64,000 nucleotides of DNA from Nemertoderma westbladi (lineage: Eukaryota; Animalia; Xenacoelomorpha): the NCBI GenBank assembly GCA_032718475.1, contig JAUCBJ010008117.1:62001-126000 (forward strand). Reading direction: 5' to 3'. Below are positions 35,571-47,911 of the stretch, one piece after another (positions within the stretch are counted from its first letter, which is position 1; every line of letters starts with the position of its first letter). A program made the translations under genes and the position numbers. Under the pieces are notes generated by a model. It did no database searches and was not told the origin of the DNA. It worked only from the letters and a program-made list of their open reading frames with translations.

Positions 35571-37945
35571 GAATATGCAGTATATCCGATCCCCCGACAG
35601 GAGTGCCCGGTTCGGACGGTCTGGTGTGGCGTGCCACTGGCGATCTCGTGGAATTCAAAGACAATCTGGATATTATTTACAAGGGTCGATTGGATTTTCA
35701 AATAAAACGCGTTGGAAAACGAATTAACCTGGAAGAAATAGAGGCTGTTATTGAATCACTTGAAGGCGTGAGCTGTTGCGCTGTTCTAGAACACAAACAT
35801 GACGAATTGGTAGCTTTTGTATCCGAACATCGTCCATTTGTTTCTTCCCATTCCGAGGGAATTGTTTCTCGGATTATGTGCGATCTTCGTTCCAGACTGC
35901 CTGAGTTTATGTTACCCGATTGCATTCTACTCATTGATTATGTCCCTCGAACAGATCACGGTAAAACAGACAGACAGTCACTAAGACATCGACTGCCCTC
36001 GAACTGCCACCTGCGAAGGCCTGTAAGTTCAACAGGTCCATCTTTTCGGACATCAATGCTGATGTTGGCGTCTGAGATTCTCGGTGTTTCTCTCACCGAT
36101 ATCGACGACTACGCTTCCTTTACATCTCTGGGAGGCAACTCATTACAAGCTGTACGATTAGTCGACTCAATCAAGGACTATTTCCCCCGAATAGATTTCG
36201 GGCGATTATTTAACAGTCTATTGACTAATCCATTATCTGAAGTTATTGAACATCGCTGGGAGTTTGCAAATCGTAAAACAAATACAAAACGAAAGCCCAG
36301 TGGGTCCTCCGTTGAAACTGTTGCGAAACGCATTAAGTACCACGCCGATACATCGGCAGGTTCTGCAAAACCTGTACAAGGAGATGAAATTACGAGATGT
36401 TCATCAATTGGAAGGCAATATTCGTTAACTTACACTACAGCCGGCACAGTTAGGCCAATGGGTCTACCGCAAGAGAAGCAGACAACAGGTAGTGAGAATT
36501 ACACAAGTGTAAAAGAAAGTCCAGTCCGTATCTGCTTGGAGTGGAAGTTCTTTATGGAGAAGTGCGTAGACGCTAGTCCTACTTATCTGTCAATCTGCGA
36601 TGTAGCAACCATTACCGAAGTCGTATTCATCGGCTCACATTCCGGTCTGTTTTGTGCGATCTGCGAGAAATCCGGTGAGCTTGTCTGGTCCATCCGATTG
36701 GCCAATCGGATCGAGAGTTCAGCTGCCGTGGTCTGTGTCTCCCAGGCAACCGAGTCTGTGCGGCCCGTTGTAACAGTGGGTTGCTACGACGGCGTGATGT
36801 ACGCTGCGGACGCCGCCACAGGGGCCGAGTGGTGGCAGTTCGCCACAGGTGGCGCTATTAAATCGTCGCCACGTCCCGATCCCTCTAGCCCCGGTATCGT
36901 CTACATTGGGTCGCACGACGGGCGCGTTTACTCGCTCGATGTAAGCGCCCGACGCTGTCTATGGTCCGTTGATATGGGCTCCCCGGTGTTCGGTTGTCCC
37001 ACTGTGTCTTCTTATAATTGTCTCACAGAGTCTCATTCTGACAGTGCAACTATGCATTATCCTGCAGTGACCGCTGAGTCTCCCATTGTGTCCCATCCTG
37101 ATTACTCCACAATGTCCCCTCCTGGTTGTCCCATTGTGTCCCATCCTGATTACTCCACAGTGTCCCCTCCTGGTTGTCCCATTGTGTCCCATCCTGATTA
37201 CTCCACAATGTCCCCTCCTGGTTGTCCCATTGTGTCCCATCCTGATTACTCCACAATGTCCCCTCCTGGTTGTCCCATTGTGTCCCATCCTGATTACTCC
37301 ACAGTGTCCCCTCCTGGTTGTCCCATTGCGTCCCACACTGATTGTCCCAATGTGTCCCAGTATTGCTGTGCAGCTACACTCTCAGGGCGGGTATTCACTC
37401 TCCGCGCGGACGATGGCACCCCAATATGGACACGGACACTCCCCAAACCTGTGTTCTCGTCGCCCCTGGCTACCCGACGTGGTTTCGTGCTGGGCTGCGT
37501 CGACGGATACGTCTATCACCTAGGCAACCAAGACGGGTCTCTCATCTGGCACTACCTAGCGGGCGCGCCGATATTCTCTAGCCCGTGCTTGTTGCCCGGA
37601 GACGGTGGAAGTAAACCAGAGCTGGTGGTATTTGGTTGTCATGACAATCGCTTGTACGCCGTGGACTGTAGCCATGGTAATTGTGTGTGGCGTTACGAGT
37701 TTACGACGGCGGTATACTCATCTCCGTTTGTCGGCTCCGACTCCGGCTCCGGTTGCGACGGTTTAGTTGCTGCGTGCAGCACAGACGGTCGGATATGTCT
37801 ACTGGACAGAAGCGGAAGTCTACTCTGTTCTACTGAAGTCCCGGGTAATATATTCTCATCCCCTATAATAGTCTCACAGAGAATATACCTTGGGTGTCGT
37901 GATAACTTTATTTATTGTTTTGGTATTGTAGAATCGGGTAGATAA
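35571..37945 (+). CDS. AASDH: AASDH/ACSF4 (beta-alanine-activating NRPS-like enzyme), C-terminal portion only
   Basis: End of the adenylation domain (WRATGDLV, GRLDFQIKRVGKRINLEEIE, PRTDHGKTDR), carrier domain FTSLGGNSL, and PQQ-type beta-propeller (KCVDASP, FIGSHSG, RIESSA, GCYDG, KPVFSSP, GCRDNFIYC). Intronless over 2.3 kb. The N-terminal A domain is absent in this window. Confidence 0.9.
37082..37350 (+). repeat. In-frame 48-bp coding minisatellite (PIVSHPDYST[M/V]SPPGC x5) in AASDH
   Basis: CCCATTGTGTCCCATCCTGATTACTCCACA(A/G)TGTCCCCTCCTGGTTGT units. Confidence 0.95.
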
Positions 37946-38859
37946 TCCCGCAAGTTAACAGCTGAACATATAAAACGGAATCAAAAAGATACAACGATAA
38001 AACGAAAGTAGAAACAGAAATAATTGTAGTTTTTATTCTGTATTTTATTTCTTGCACTATATTAAAAAATAAAATTAACATCATTAAATAATAATTTATA
38101 GTTTTAAATAATAATTTATATTAAAGGCCTTTTAAATTTTCCACACTATTTTTAAGTTACCTGGTTGAGGTGTTAGTCTGCTTATATTGTAGCCCTGTTG
38201 TGGTAAAGTTGTTTTATTTCCACCGGGACTGCGTGGAACTGAACTTCTTGTTATTCGTGATTGCATCTGTAAGTTTCCAACTCCATTGCTGTGCAATTAA
38301 AATAATAATGTAATCAAAATAATAAGGTCAGGGGTTTTCTAGAATATAGTAAAACTACATATTAGGTAATAATTTGTTGGACCTTTAATGCTAATCTTTC
38401 TCACAAAACTATACTAATTAAGTTTAGAGTTGCTGTATCAGGTTGCAGGTATTTTAGCAGTTTACAGCTGCTAACCTGTTCAGGTACTGTTGTTTACAGT
38501 AACTGTATCATCATAAAAGGTAACGATTGATGCGATGCTACAAAATTTGGATTTTTATTTCCGAAAACAAATTTTCCCACAGAATAAAATCGTCGTGCAC
38601 ATGGCAGTTCCCCAAAGTAATTTTTTTTTTCAGATTTCCAAGTTTTTAAATTTTTTCGTTAATTCTATATATCGTAAGGTTTAAAAAATTCATAGACCCA
38701 TAGAAAAAATTCATAGATTTAAACCCTAATATATCGAAATTTTCACCTGGCGGATCCCCTTTAGTTTTCAACCAGCTAAAAACGATTGGTAAAACCGCGT
38801 AACTTTCTACAGCGCCGGAAGTTAAGGAGGAGGGTTGGGGTGGGTAGGGGGGGGGGTGC

Positions 38860-39310
38860 GGACAATTCCGACCCATTCTGGGATCGAATGAGATTTTCAT
38901 AGGTCGGAATTGTCCGGATCCAGCATAGGACAATTCCGACCCAAATAATTAAAAAATAATAATAAATCATAATTTTATTTAACATTACATTGTAGTATTA
39001 TTCAACATAATATTGCTGTATCCATGGATATTCTTCGTTCGAGACACGTTTACTATGTAATTTTATCGTTGTATTTTTACTTGTTTTTATTTTTTTATTT
39101 TTAATTAGTTGTACTTTTAGAATGGAGTGTATTCGGTACTAGTGTGTTTTGGGCTCACCCAAAAGAAAAATATTAATGTACTACAGTAGAACACATATTT
39201 TTGTTATTGATTAGCGGTAATTTCTATTAATTATTTTTATTTATTTGGATCCGGCCAATTCCGACCCATGAAAACTTCACTCTATCTCTGAGTGGGTCGG
39301 AATTATCCTA
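38860..39310. mobile_element. MITE-like element with about 62-bp TIRs, each an internal hairpin
   Basis: GGACAATTCCGACCCA...GGTCGGAATTGTCCGGATCC and the inverted GGATCCGGCCAATTCCGACCCA...GGGTCGGAATTATCC. Confidence 0.65.
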
Positions 39311-39386
39311 ACTTTGAGGGGGGGGGGGGGGGGTAATATCCTAGATTCGAGATAAGTGTAACATTTTTTTTATTTTATCAAATTTG

Positions 39387-39816
39387 TTAATGGCCCACCA
39401 GGCTCACATCCAAACCAATTGTGTTTTGTTGTATGCTGAGCGAGAAGAGTCGATTATATTGTGGGCGAGAAGATAGATCTTGAAAACTCATGGATTTTTG
39501 TGATGAAGTTAGTCGTACAGTTTGAATATAGAAGTCACCGCGAGAAGTAGAGCGAATAGGGTAGTTATGTATTGTAGACGTTTCCCTAAATAAGTTTTGT
39601 AAAGTAGTTGGTAAGTTATTAGTGGCGGAATTTACTTCGTACATAAGTAGTCCTACTTGGTGCTTGTAAAGTAAGTCCAGTGGAAGAATAGAGAGAGATT
39701 TATAAATAGGGTTAGATGAATGAGTAATTGTGGGGCGAGCCACGAAGTTGGCGGAGCCTTAGCGAATTGACACTGTTAGGGGGTGGGTCAATTTATGCAA
39801 ATAGTTGTCGTCGTCG

Positions 39817-39847
<31 letters not shown>

Positions 39848-41700
39848 TACGATTTTGACATGCTAATAACTTTGTCGGATTTAAAGCTGCCAAGTTGAAA
39901 ATTTGTAGGTATCAATATGAGCAAAAGTTGAGATTTTTGAGAGACTTTCAGACACCATCAGTGCAATGGTCTCCCGCTAGAGGGCCACATGTCTAAACAT
40001 TAAATGCCCTCCCATTTCTTTGCTTTTAATCTGTTTAAGCTGAAACTTGGCAGATATGTCTTAGATCATTAGCTGTGACTTTCAAAGGAGGCGAATCCAT
40101 CTGCAGTTCTCCAGTCTGCCGCTAGAGGGCCAAAGGTCTGAAAGTGAAAACAACTAACGACGACAACTATTTGCATAAATTGACCCACCCCCCTAACAGT
40201 GTCAATTCGCTAAGGCTTCGCCAACTTCGTGCTGCGCGAAGTCCCCACTTCGTGTAACTTGAACTGGTTTAAGATAATTAGAATGGGTACTACCCCGTAG
40301 GAGAATACCGTACAAAAGGTAAGGGTGTATTAGAGAGTATTAGAGTTGTCTGAGGATATGTAGGGGAAATATATGACGTAGTTTGTAGAAAATGCCAGTT
40401 GATTTAGAATTTTTTTTTAATATAGTCAATGTGATGTTTCCAATTTTATTTATTATCAACATAAACTCATAAAAATTTTGTGCTATTAGTAATACTTGTT
40501 ATATTATTATTTATTTGAGATAATGTAAATCTGCAGGCTGTTGTGCACAAGGTTGGAAAACAGTGTAGCTTCGGTTTTTTGAGAGGTCATTAATTAATAT
40601 ATATTAAAAAGAGAATAGGGGAACGAATTCCTCCCTGGGGCAAGCCATATACTAGCGGTAGTAAAGAGGAGCAGTAGTTGTCTATGGATATATACTGTTG
40701 TCGAGATGATAGAAAGCTAGAGATTAGTTGAAGTGGGAGACCACACATATTTAGATAGATATAAGAGCAGTTGTGTGTTAATTATGTGTTCAAATATTTT
40801 ACTTAGAACTGTAAGAAGTGAGATTGGTCTGTAGTTGTTAGAGTCAGAAGGGTCATCAGATTTGTAAGAGGGAATAACTTTAGCTATTTGGAGCGACACG
40901 GGAAGAAACCTAGCCTAATGGAGAGATTGATTAAACGGCTTAGATAGATAATGACTTAGCCGCCAGGATTAATACAGTAGCTTAGTTGGGAATGAGTCAT
41001 TAGTTGCGGTTTTAGGGTTTAACTGTAGCAGTAGGTATTCCACTTCCACGGGAGTAGTTTCAGCAAGGGAGAAATAGTTCGGACGTCGGGTGGAGTTAGG
41101 AATAAAACTGAGAGGGGAACGATTAGATGATGGGATTTCTTTATTTAGTTTAGGACCAACGGTAGAAAAATGGTTATTTAAAATAGTGGTTTCAATTGTA
41201 TTTCCGTTACGAGTAGTCATTTGTTTGGGAATGCTATGCATTCAATTTTTTATTAAGTGTCATTAAAAAATCAGATATATAGGATAAATTTGATGGCAAA
41301 CTGCGACAATTTAATTGAAATACTAAGAGAGATGGGGATAGGTCAGAATTTTTTTAGTTCGTTGTTGAAAGATTGTTCTGTATAAGTACCTCCATCTACA
41401 GTAGATTAAAATTAGTTAATTTAGTCTCAGAGTCCAGATGGGAAAATGTTTGATTTTGTACATTAGTGTTTTGAAAATTAGTCTCAATAGGAAAAATATC
41501 AACATCATCTGGACATACAGAATAAAATGGAAAAATCTCTGAGTAATAATCAACACAATAGATATCCGCTCGATTACGCTCAGCATCAACAAGTTCACAT
41601 GGGAGTAGCTACATGAGCCGCATGGTAGGGTATTTATTAAGGCAAATGCTACAAGTAAAAATATTTTCAGACATATCAAATCTAGAATAGCAAAAGGTAC
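39387..41700 (-). pseudogene. Decayed CR1/L2-like LINE fragments
   Basis: AKVIPSYKSDDPSDSNNYRPISLLTVLSKIFE, NNHFSTVG, and C-terminal HSSNPIYKSLSILPL...HNYPIR. Many stops and deletions. Confidence 0.75.
39730..40248. mobile_element. Non-autonomous element with asymmetric GTGGGG...CCCCAC termini and long subterminal inverted repeats, inserted in the LINE
   Basis: GTGGGGCGAGCCACGAAGTTGGCG...TTGTCGTCG and CGACGACAA...CGCCAACTTCGTGCTGCGCGAAGTCCCCAC, flanked by TT on both sides. A related fragment lies at about 50790-51200. Confidence 0.7.
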
Positions 41701-43546
41701 CTACATGAGGGTTGGCGAGAGGGGCGGGGGGTTGGGGGTTACTGTACACAGAAAAGTAGAAAAAAAACAATCAAAATTAAAATCTTAACACGCTACAAAA
41801 ATATATTTACGAGGTTCTGCCTTGAACACGGCGATAAGAAGATGAACTCAATATACAGTAGGAGTTATATTTATTTGCTAACGCTTACCTTTTTATTTTT
41901 CCATTTATGATATTATAAACGTCACATGATTTAACTTTTGTAGAATCTGACCACGAATTATGACCTCTTCCATTGCAACAGCAAATCCCTGGTATTGTAC
42001 CTGAATTAGTGTTGGGTGTCTATAAAGCTTTTAAAATATTTTTTCCATTATTCACAGTTCCATTACAGTTTTTGCCGCATTTATATTTTGTTAAGTTTTG
42101 GATCACCAGGGATTGAATGGATGCAAACTCTTTATTTTTGTATTTCGAAATCCATTTTTTATGAATAATACAAAACAGTATTCTTGAATAATTTATTATA
42201 ACGAACCTATTAATAGGCCAGGATAGTTCTTGTCAAGAGTTGAGCCGTTCAAAAACACGATGTGTGTATGGGGTGGTGGTGTGTGTGTATCCAATCCAAT
42301 ATCTTAAAAACTCAAGCAGGTATGCAAAAATTTTAATAACAAACTCTACATAAATTTTGGTTGCGCACAAGACTATATTTTTTGTGGCGTTTCGATCACG
42401 GGGTTACTGAAAAATAGCGGTTTTGAAAATTTAATGTCGAATTTCACCGATTTCAACTCGTCGAGTATGCACAAACATTTATATTTGGGCTATTCAGTCA
42501 TTTGAGCAACATATTTGAGCCTCAGAATCTTTTCAAATGTCGCCAATCTCGCACAGAACGTCCCTAAAATTCTGGCCCCGGCAAAAAAACGCACTAATTC
42601 GTCTAAAAGAGTAAATTATTTAGTTGCGGAATAATATGATTCAACTAGAAAAGCCAGCAAGCTGGCTATAAGGAGAGCGTCCATAGACAAACATAGTGTT
42701 AGTTGGGTCCCTCCTCATTCATTATCATCAACCTATAAAACATTTGAACGGCCCACTGCATACAATTCAATCAGCTGGCCTCCCACATAACATAGCAGTG
42801 AGTAGTAGTAACCTTATAGATATTCCCATAGGATTCACTGGGAAGAGCTATTCAGCTGGCGGGGTAATACATTATACAAACTAAAAGTTGATGTTTGATT
42901 ACTGTCTGGGTTAGAGGGAGATAGTAAATAAATTTAGCAAGTAATATAGGCCTACTTCTGTGCAGTTTGGGCCTATCCATTCAATCAAAAGTAGTAGCTT
43001 ACAGGGCCCTCATGAGTACCAGCAGCTGGTGTTTCTATCGTTGAGTTCATGGCAATTTTCGTGTTTCATGAATTTCATCGTTACGGAATTACATTTCGCA
43101 CGACTTTTCCCAGATAAAGTGTTACCTGGTGTTTCGAAGATGACTTAAATGTACTTTTTGTGGAGCATAGTAAGACAAATTATCAGAGAACATATTGGTT
43201 TCGTTAGTTTTATTCAATTTGCCTCGGATTTATTATTTTTAATATCGCAAACATTACGTTACGGAATTACACAAAAAAGACAAGGCTTTTTTTGAATTTT
43301 TTTAAAGTGAAAGTTCTGCGAATTATTGAGTTTTAAATTTTAACTAAACATATTGCGCATAAGTGGAGATGTTCAAAATGTCCGCCATGGTAAAGATTAA
43401 CCAGATTTAGCAATCAATTTGGTGTTACAGCATTATTGGTGTCGTTACGGAATTACAAACCAGATCGTTACGGAATTTCGTGCGAATTGGCGACGTTATT
43501 GAACTGGGATTATTGTCATCGTGCGTGATATACATACAACACGTTC

Positions 43547-45086
43547 GTGGGGACTTCGCGCAGCACGAGGCCTAGTTATTATATACAAATTAAAATGCAG
43601 CGACTGTATCACAAAATCAGGTTTTGAGAAATTTACCCACACCACCAATCAATCAAAGAAAGGTGGACAGTACGTGTTCACCCCTTTTAATCTCCCCCCC
43701 CCCCCCCCCCACCCTTCCCAACCACCAATACATAACCGCGACATCTACCACCCACGGAAGGGTAGCACGAACTTATTTCCAATCGCACGTTAAATATGCA
43801 AAGCCAGGTGGTTTATAGGAATATAATAAACGCAGTACTCGTTTTCATTATAAGCCTCTTTGCGTTCGTCCTGTTTTGTATTTAAATATATTTCTTAAAC
43901 GCAAGCTAGGACGATCTTTATAATAATAATAACTAGGGATGCGATCAATATGTGAAGCCAGGTGGTTTATATAATAATTTAGTCAACGCAGTACTCGTCT
44001 TCATTATATGCCTCGTTGCGCTCGTCGCTTGTCCTGTTTTGTCATAAAATATTTTTCCTAAACGCAGACTGACGATCTTTATACAGTTATAACTATGCGA
44101 AGTTTCGAAACTGTGCGAGTAACTGTTGATACATCTATGTGGAGATGTGTGATATGTGGAGATGTGTGATACAACGCCAACGCATCTTATGCCGATGTAG
44201 TAATATGGGTATTGAAATAATATTAAATCAATGTACACTCTTAAAGCTGCAGCGAAAAAATGTAGCTAATTTCCTAGGTTACATATAAAATAATAATATT
44301 ATTTTTAAGAACATTAATTTTACTACTTTGTAAAAATTCAATTAAAAAATAACCAGACATATACATTGTGGAATAAACTATTTCAGAAGCCTACAACAGC
44401 CATGCCATGGATTGTATTTATGTTATTATATCTGTCATTTAACTGAGATAGCAATAGTAGTAATAGTCGAACGGTTATGCGGCCCGTCCAGCCTATAATA
44501 AACACAATTCAGTGATTGGGCTGGAATAGCAATACTGGTTGCCTCTATTACAATTCCTCTCAGGTTAGTCTACAGCCACAACTCCCAGCAGCTAGCTCCA
44601 CACCAGCAGAGACTTGACCAATAATGGGAAGGATTAAATTTGTACTCAATAATTGTGCGGTTTAATTACGTTTAGATCAATTAAAGACACATTTATTAAA
44701 GCAAATCACTTAAACTAATTAAAAACTATAATAGAATGGCGTATGGGGATTATATCTGTATAATTTTTAAGTATAATTATTTAAATCTTATACTGTAAAA
44801 CAATTAATTTCCTTTAAAAGGCAGGTTGAAAATGGCGTTTTCACCGCAATCAACTTAATTAACTAATTAACTGCTATTATCTTAGCTTCTCGAAGGCCAC
44901 ACGGAAATTCTACTTGGAAAATTTCTAAACTTTTGCCAAACAACATGTGTACCAAGTTTGGATAGATTTCATCAAAGATTGGCCGAGTTATTAACGTTTA
45001 AAATTGAACACGACAGAACGACAGAACGACAGGTTGATTAATGGTACCACTACGCTAAGGCTCACTCACTTCGTGGCTCGCCCCAC
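43547..45086. mobile_element. Longer member of the same GTGGGG...CCCCAC family, opposite orientation
   Basis: Left end GTGGGGACTTCGCGCAGCACGAG, right end CTTCGTGGCTCGCCCCAC. Confidence 0.5.
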
Positions 45087-45574
45087 ATCATGGCCTGGAA
45101 TATAGTGCCATAATTCAATGACACTACCCCCCCCCCCCCCCCGCCAATTTTTCTACAAGTCTAATGAGATTGATTGAAATTTGAAACAGAGAGGATTTCA
45201 TTTCACGACCACTTAGTGGGAGAGCCGGAATTTTTATTTTTGCTTTTAATCTATAGCTACTGTACAAGCGTTTTTAAAAAAAAGAGTCGCCGGCGATATT
45301 GCACCAGTTACATTGCAGCTATTTCCCAACCAAATTCAAATGTTTTTACATCCTTGGAATCCTTGCTTGCACAGCCAGCTTTACATCAGCACCAACAAAT
45401 CACTGGTGCAATATCGGCGGAGACTCTTTTTTTATCGCTTGTAGCTAAAGATTGAAAGCAAAAATAAAAATAATGGCTCATCATCTCATTTATCATTACG
45501 ATTTGTAGAAACATTTGGGGGGGGGGGGGGGGGCTCGTTTCATTGAATTACGACACTATATTCCGGGCCATGGT
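45086..45574. mobile_element. MITE with about 80-bp TIRs (CAYCATGGCC..GGAATATAGTG; poly-C/poly-G)
   Basis: Inverted repeats at about 45086-45165 and 45493-45574. Confidence 0.65.
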
Positions 45575-45639
45575 GTATAAAAATGGTAATTTAATACAAT
45601 ACTTTACGTATCGCACGTATTTACGTATTAACGTATCGC

Positions 45640-46571
45640 ATTGTACCAGTCTACACCAAAACTAATGTCCCGCAGTGTACCAGTCTACACCAATACTAAT
45701 GTCTCGCTGTGTACCAGTCCACACCAACACTAACGTCCCTCAGTGCACCAGTCTACACTAACACTAATGTATCGCAGTATACCAGTCTACACCAACACTA
45801 ACGTCTCGAAGTGTGCCAGTCTACACCAACATTAACGTATCGCAGTGTACCAGTCTAAACCAACACTAACGTCTCGCAGTGTACCAGTCTTAACCAACAC
45901 TAAAGTCTCTCAGTATACCAGTCTACACCAACACTAACGTCTCGAAGTGTGCCAGTCTACACCGACATTAACGAATCGCATTGTACCAGTCTACACCAAC
46001 ACTAACGTCTCTCAGTGTACCAGTCTAAACCAACACTAAAGTCTCGCAGTGTACCAGTCTACACCAAAATTAACGTATCGCATTGTACCAGTCTACACCA
46101 ACACTAAAGTGTCGCAGTGTACCAGTCTACACCAACACTAAAGTGTCGCAGTGTACCAGTCTACACCAACACTAACGTCTCGCAGTGTACCAGTCTACAC
46201 CAACACTAAAGTGTCGCAGTGTACCAGTCTACACCAAAATTAACGTATCGCATTGTACCATAGTCTACACCAAAATTAACGTATCGCATTGTACCAGTCT
46301 ACACCAACACTAAAGTGTCGCAGTGTACCAGTCTACACCAAAATTAACGTATCGCATTGTACCAGTCTACACCAAAATTAACGTATCGCATTGTACCAGT
46401 CTACACCAACACTAAAGTGTCGCAGTGTACCAGTCTACACCAACACTAACGTCTCTCAATGTACCAGTCTACACCAACACTAAAGTCTCGCAGTGCACCA
46501 GTCTACACTAACAATAACGTCTCGCAGTGTACCACTCTACAGTCTACACCAAGAATAACGTCACGCATTGT
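45640..46571. repeat. 34-bp minisatellite, about 27 copies
   Basis: GTACCAGTCTACACCAACACTAACGTCTCGCAGT variants. Confidence 0.95.
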
Positions 46572-47911
46572 TGGAAAATTGTAATTCCGTAACGTAATTC
46601 CGTAACGTGAAATTGTAATTCCGTAACGCAAATATCTCGACTTATATATCACATTGCCACAAAAGGAAAATAATTGGGTATTGCCCAGCGGGTAGAGGAA
46701 GATAATTTAAAATTTAAATGTCACATGTTGAGTTGTTGAAAAGCTATTTTAAAAAATGTCATGTTTTCGTTACGGAATTACGAAATTCGCAATAGCGTTT
46801 TGTTATTTTTTCAAACGAAGTTGATTGATCTCTAGGAAACCAAAATTAATTTATTTCTTAACTACAACCGAGGTTGAACCATTACTCACACAGGCAATTA
46901 GACAGACTAGGATTAATTATATTTATAATGACTGTATTTGCGCCATAATTGTAGGCAAAATTCGCACAGAGATTTTGGAAGATGTAAAAAAATGTACAGT
47001 CAATTTCAATTTGCAAGTAGGAGCCCACACAAAGCGGAATTTGCTTCCAATTTCTCATTTCAGATACTTTAGGATGTTAGGCATGAGATCCAATCATTAA
47101 AAAGATTATCTGCGAAGGTTTTTTTATGAGCCCCTATGTCCGTTTATTCGTGAAATTCATGGTTTTCGTTTTCGCTCACTCAGGGTACAGGTTTGAAGGG
47201 CAGATTCGTTTAAAGCCAGCTTGCTGGCTTTCTAGTTTTTATTTAATCTATTTCTAGAAAGTATTCATAACCAATGAGTTTTGGGATTGCAATTTTCGAA
47301 CAGCGCGTCTGTCTGTAAATATCCTTATTTAGTATTTAATAATATTATAATACTTTTACCTAGAATAGGTTCATCACCCTTGTAGATATCTCTTAATAAT
47401 TTAGTCGTGGGCTTATCCTGTATGGTAGGTGCGTTCATGTCCATCATTTTATTATCCCTCAAACGCCGTGACAGTAACTTTATGTTGTGTGGGTTTCGTA
47501 GCAACCAACGTACCAGTTGATACTATTGGATGAAATAAAGATAAGAAAAATAATAATAAAATAATTATATAAATTTAATCCTAGAACATCATAGAACTAC
47601 ATGACGCTGTTGGTATATACGGTATATATATATGATATAGATGCACCAAATTATTAGTTCAAATAATTAGTTCTTATCAGTTAAAACATTCCCTTATAAA
47701 CATAGTGAGAGCACCACCCTGCAGACACGACGTATATGCGACTAACATTTCACTCATTGTATAAGAGATCTTGGTGGAGGTTAGGATATTCTACATTGAC
47801 TATCCTAAAGGACAATATTATTGATGTTCAGATTAATTGGCCTGTAGATTTAAATGGTTGATCGCGAACTACAGTATGTATCAATTATTTAATTTTTAAG
47901 AACATTGATTT

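Noticed and set aside
35571-35664. N-terminal extension of the 475-aa integrase ORF as evidence of a domesticated gene
   Set aside because: It starts at TTG and is simply antisense AASDH sequence. No evidence of domestication from sequence alone.
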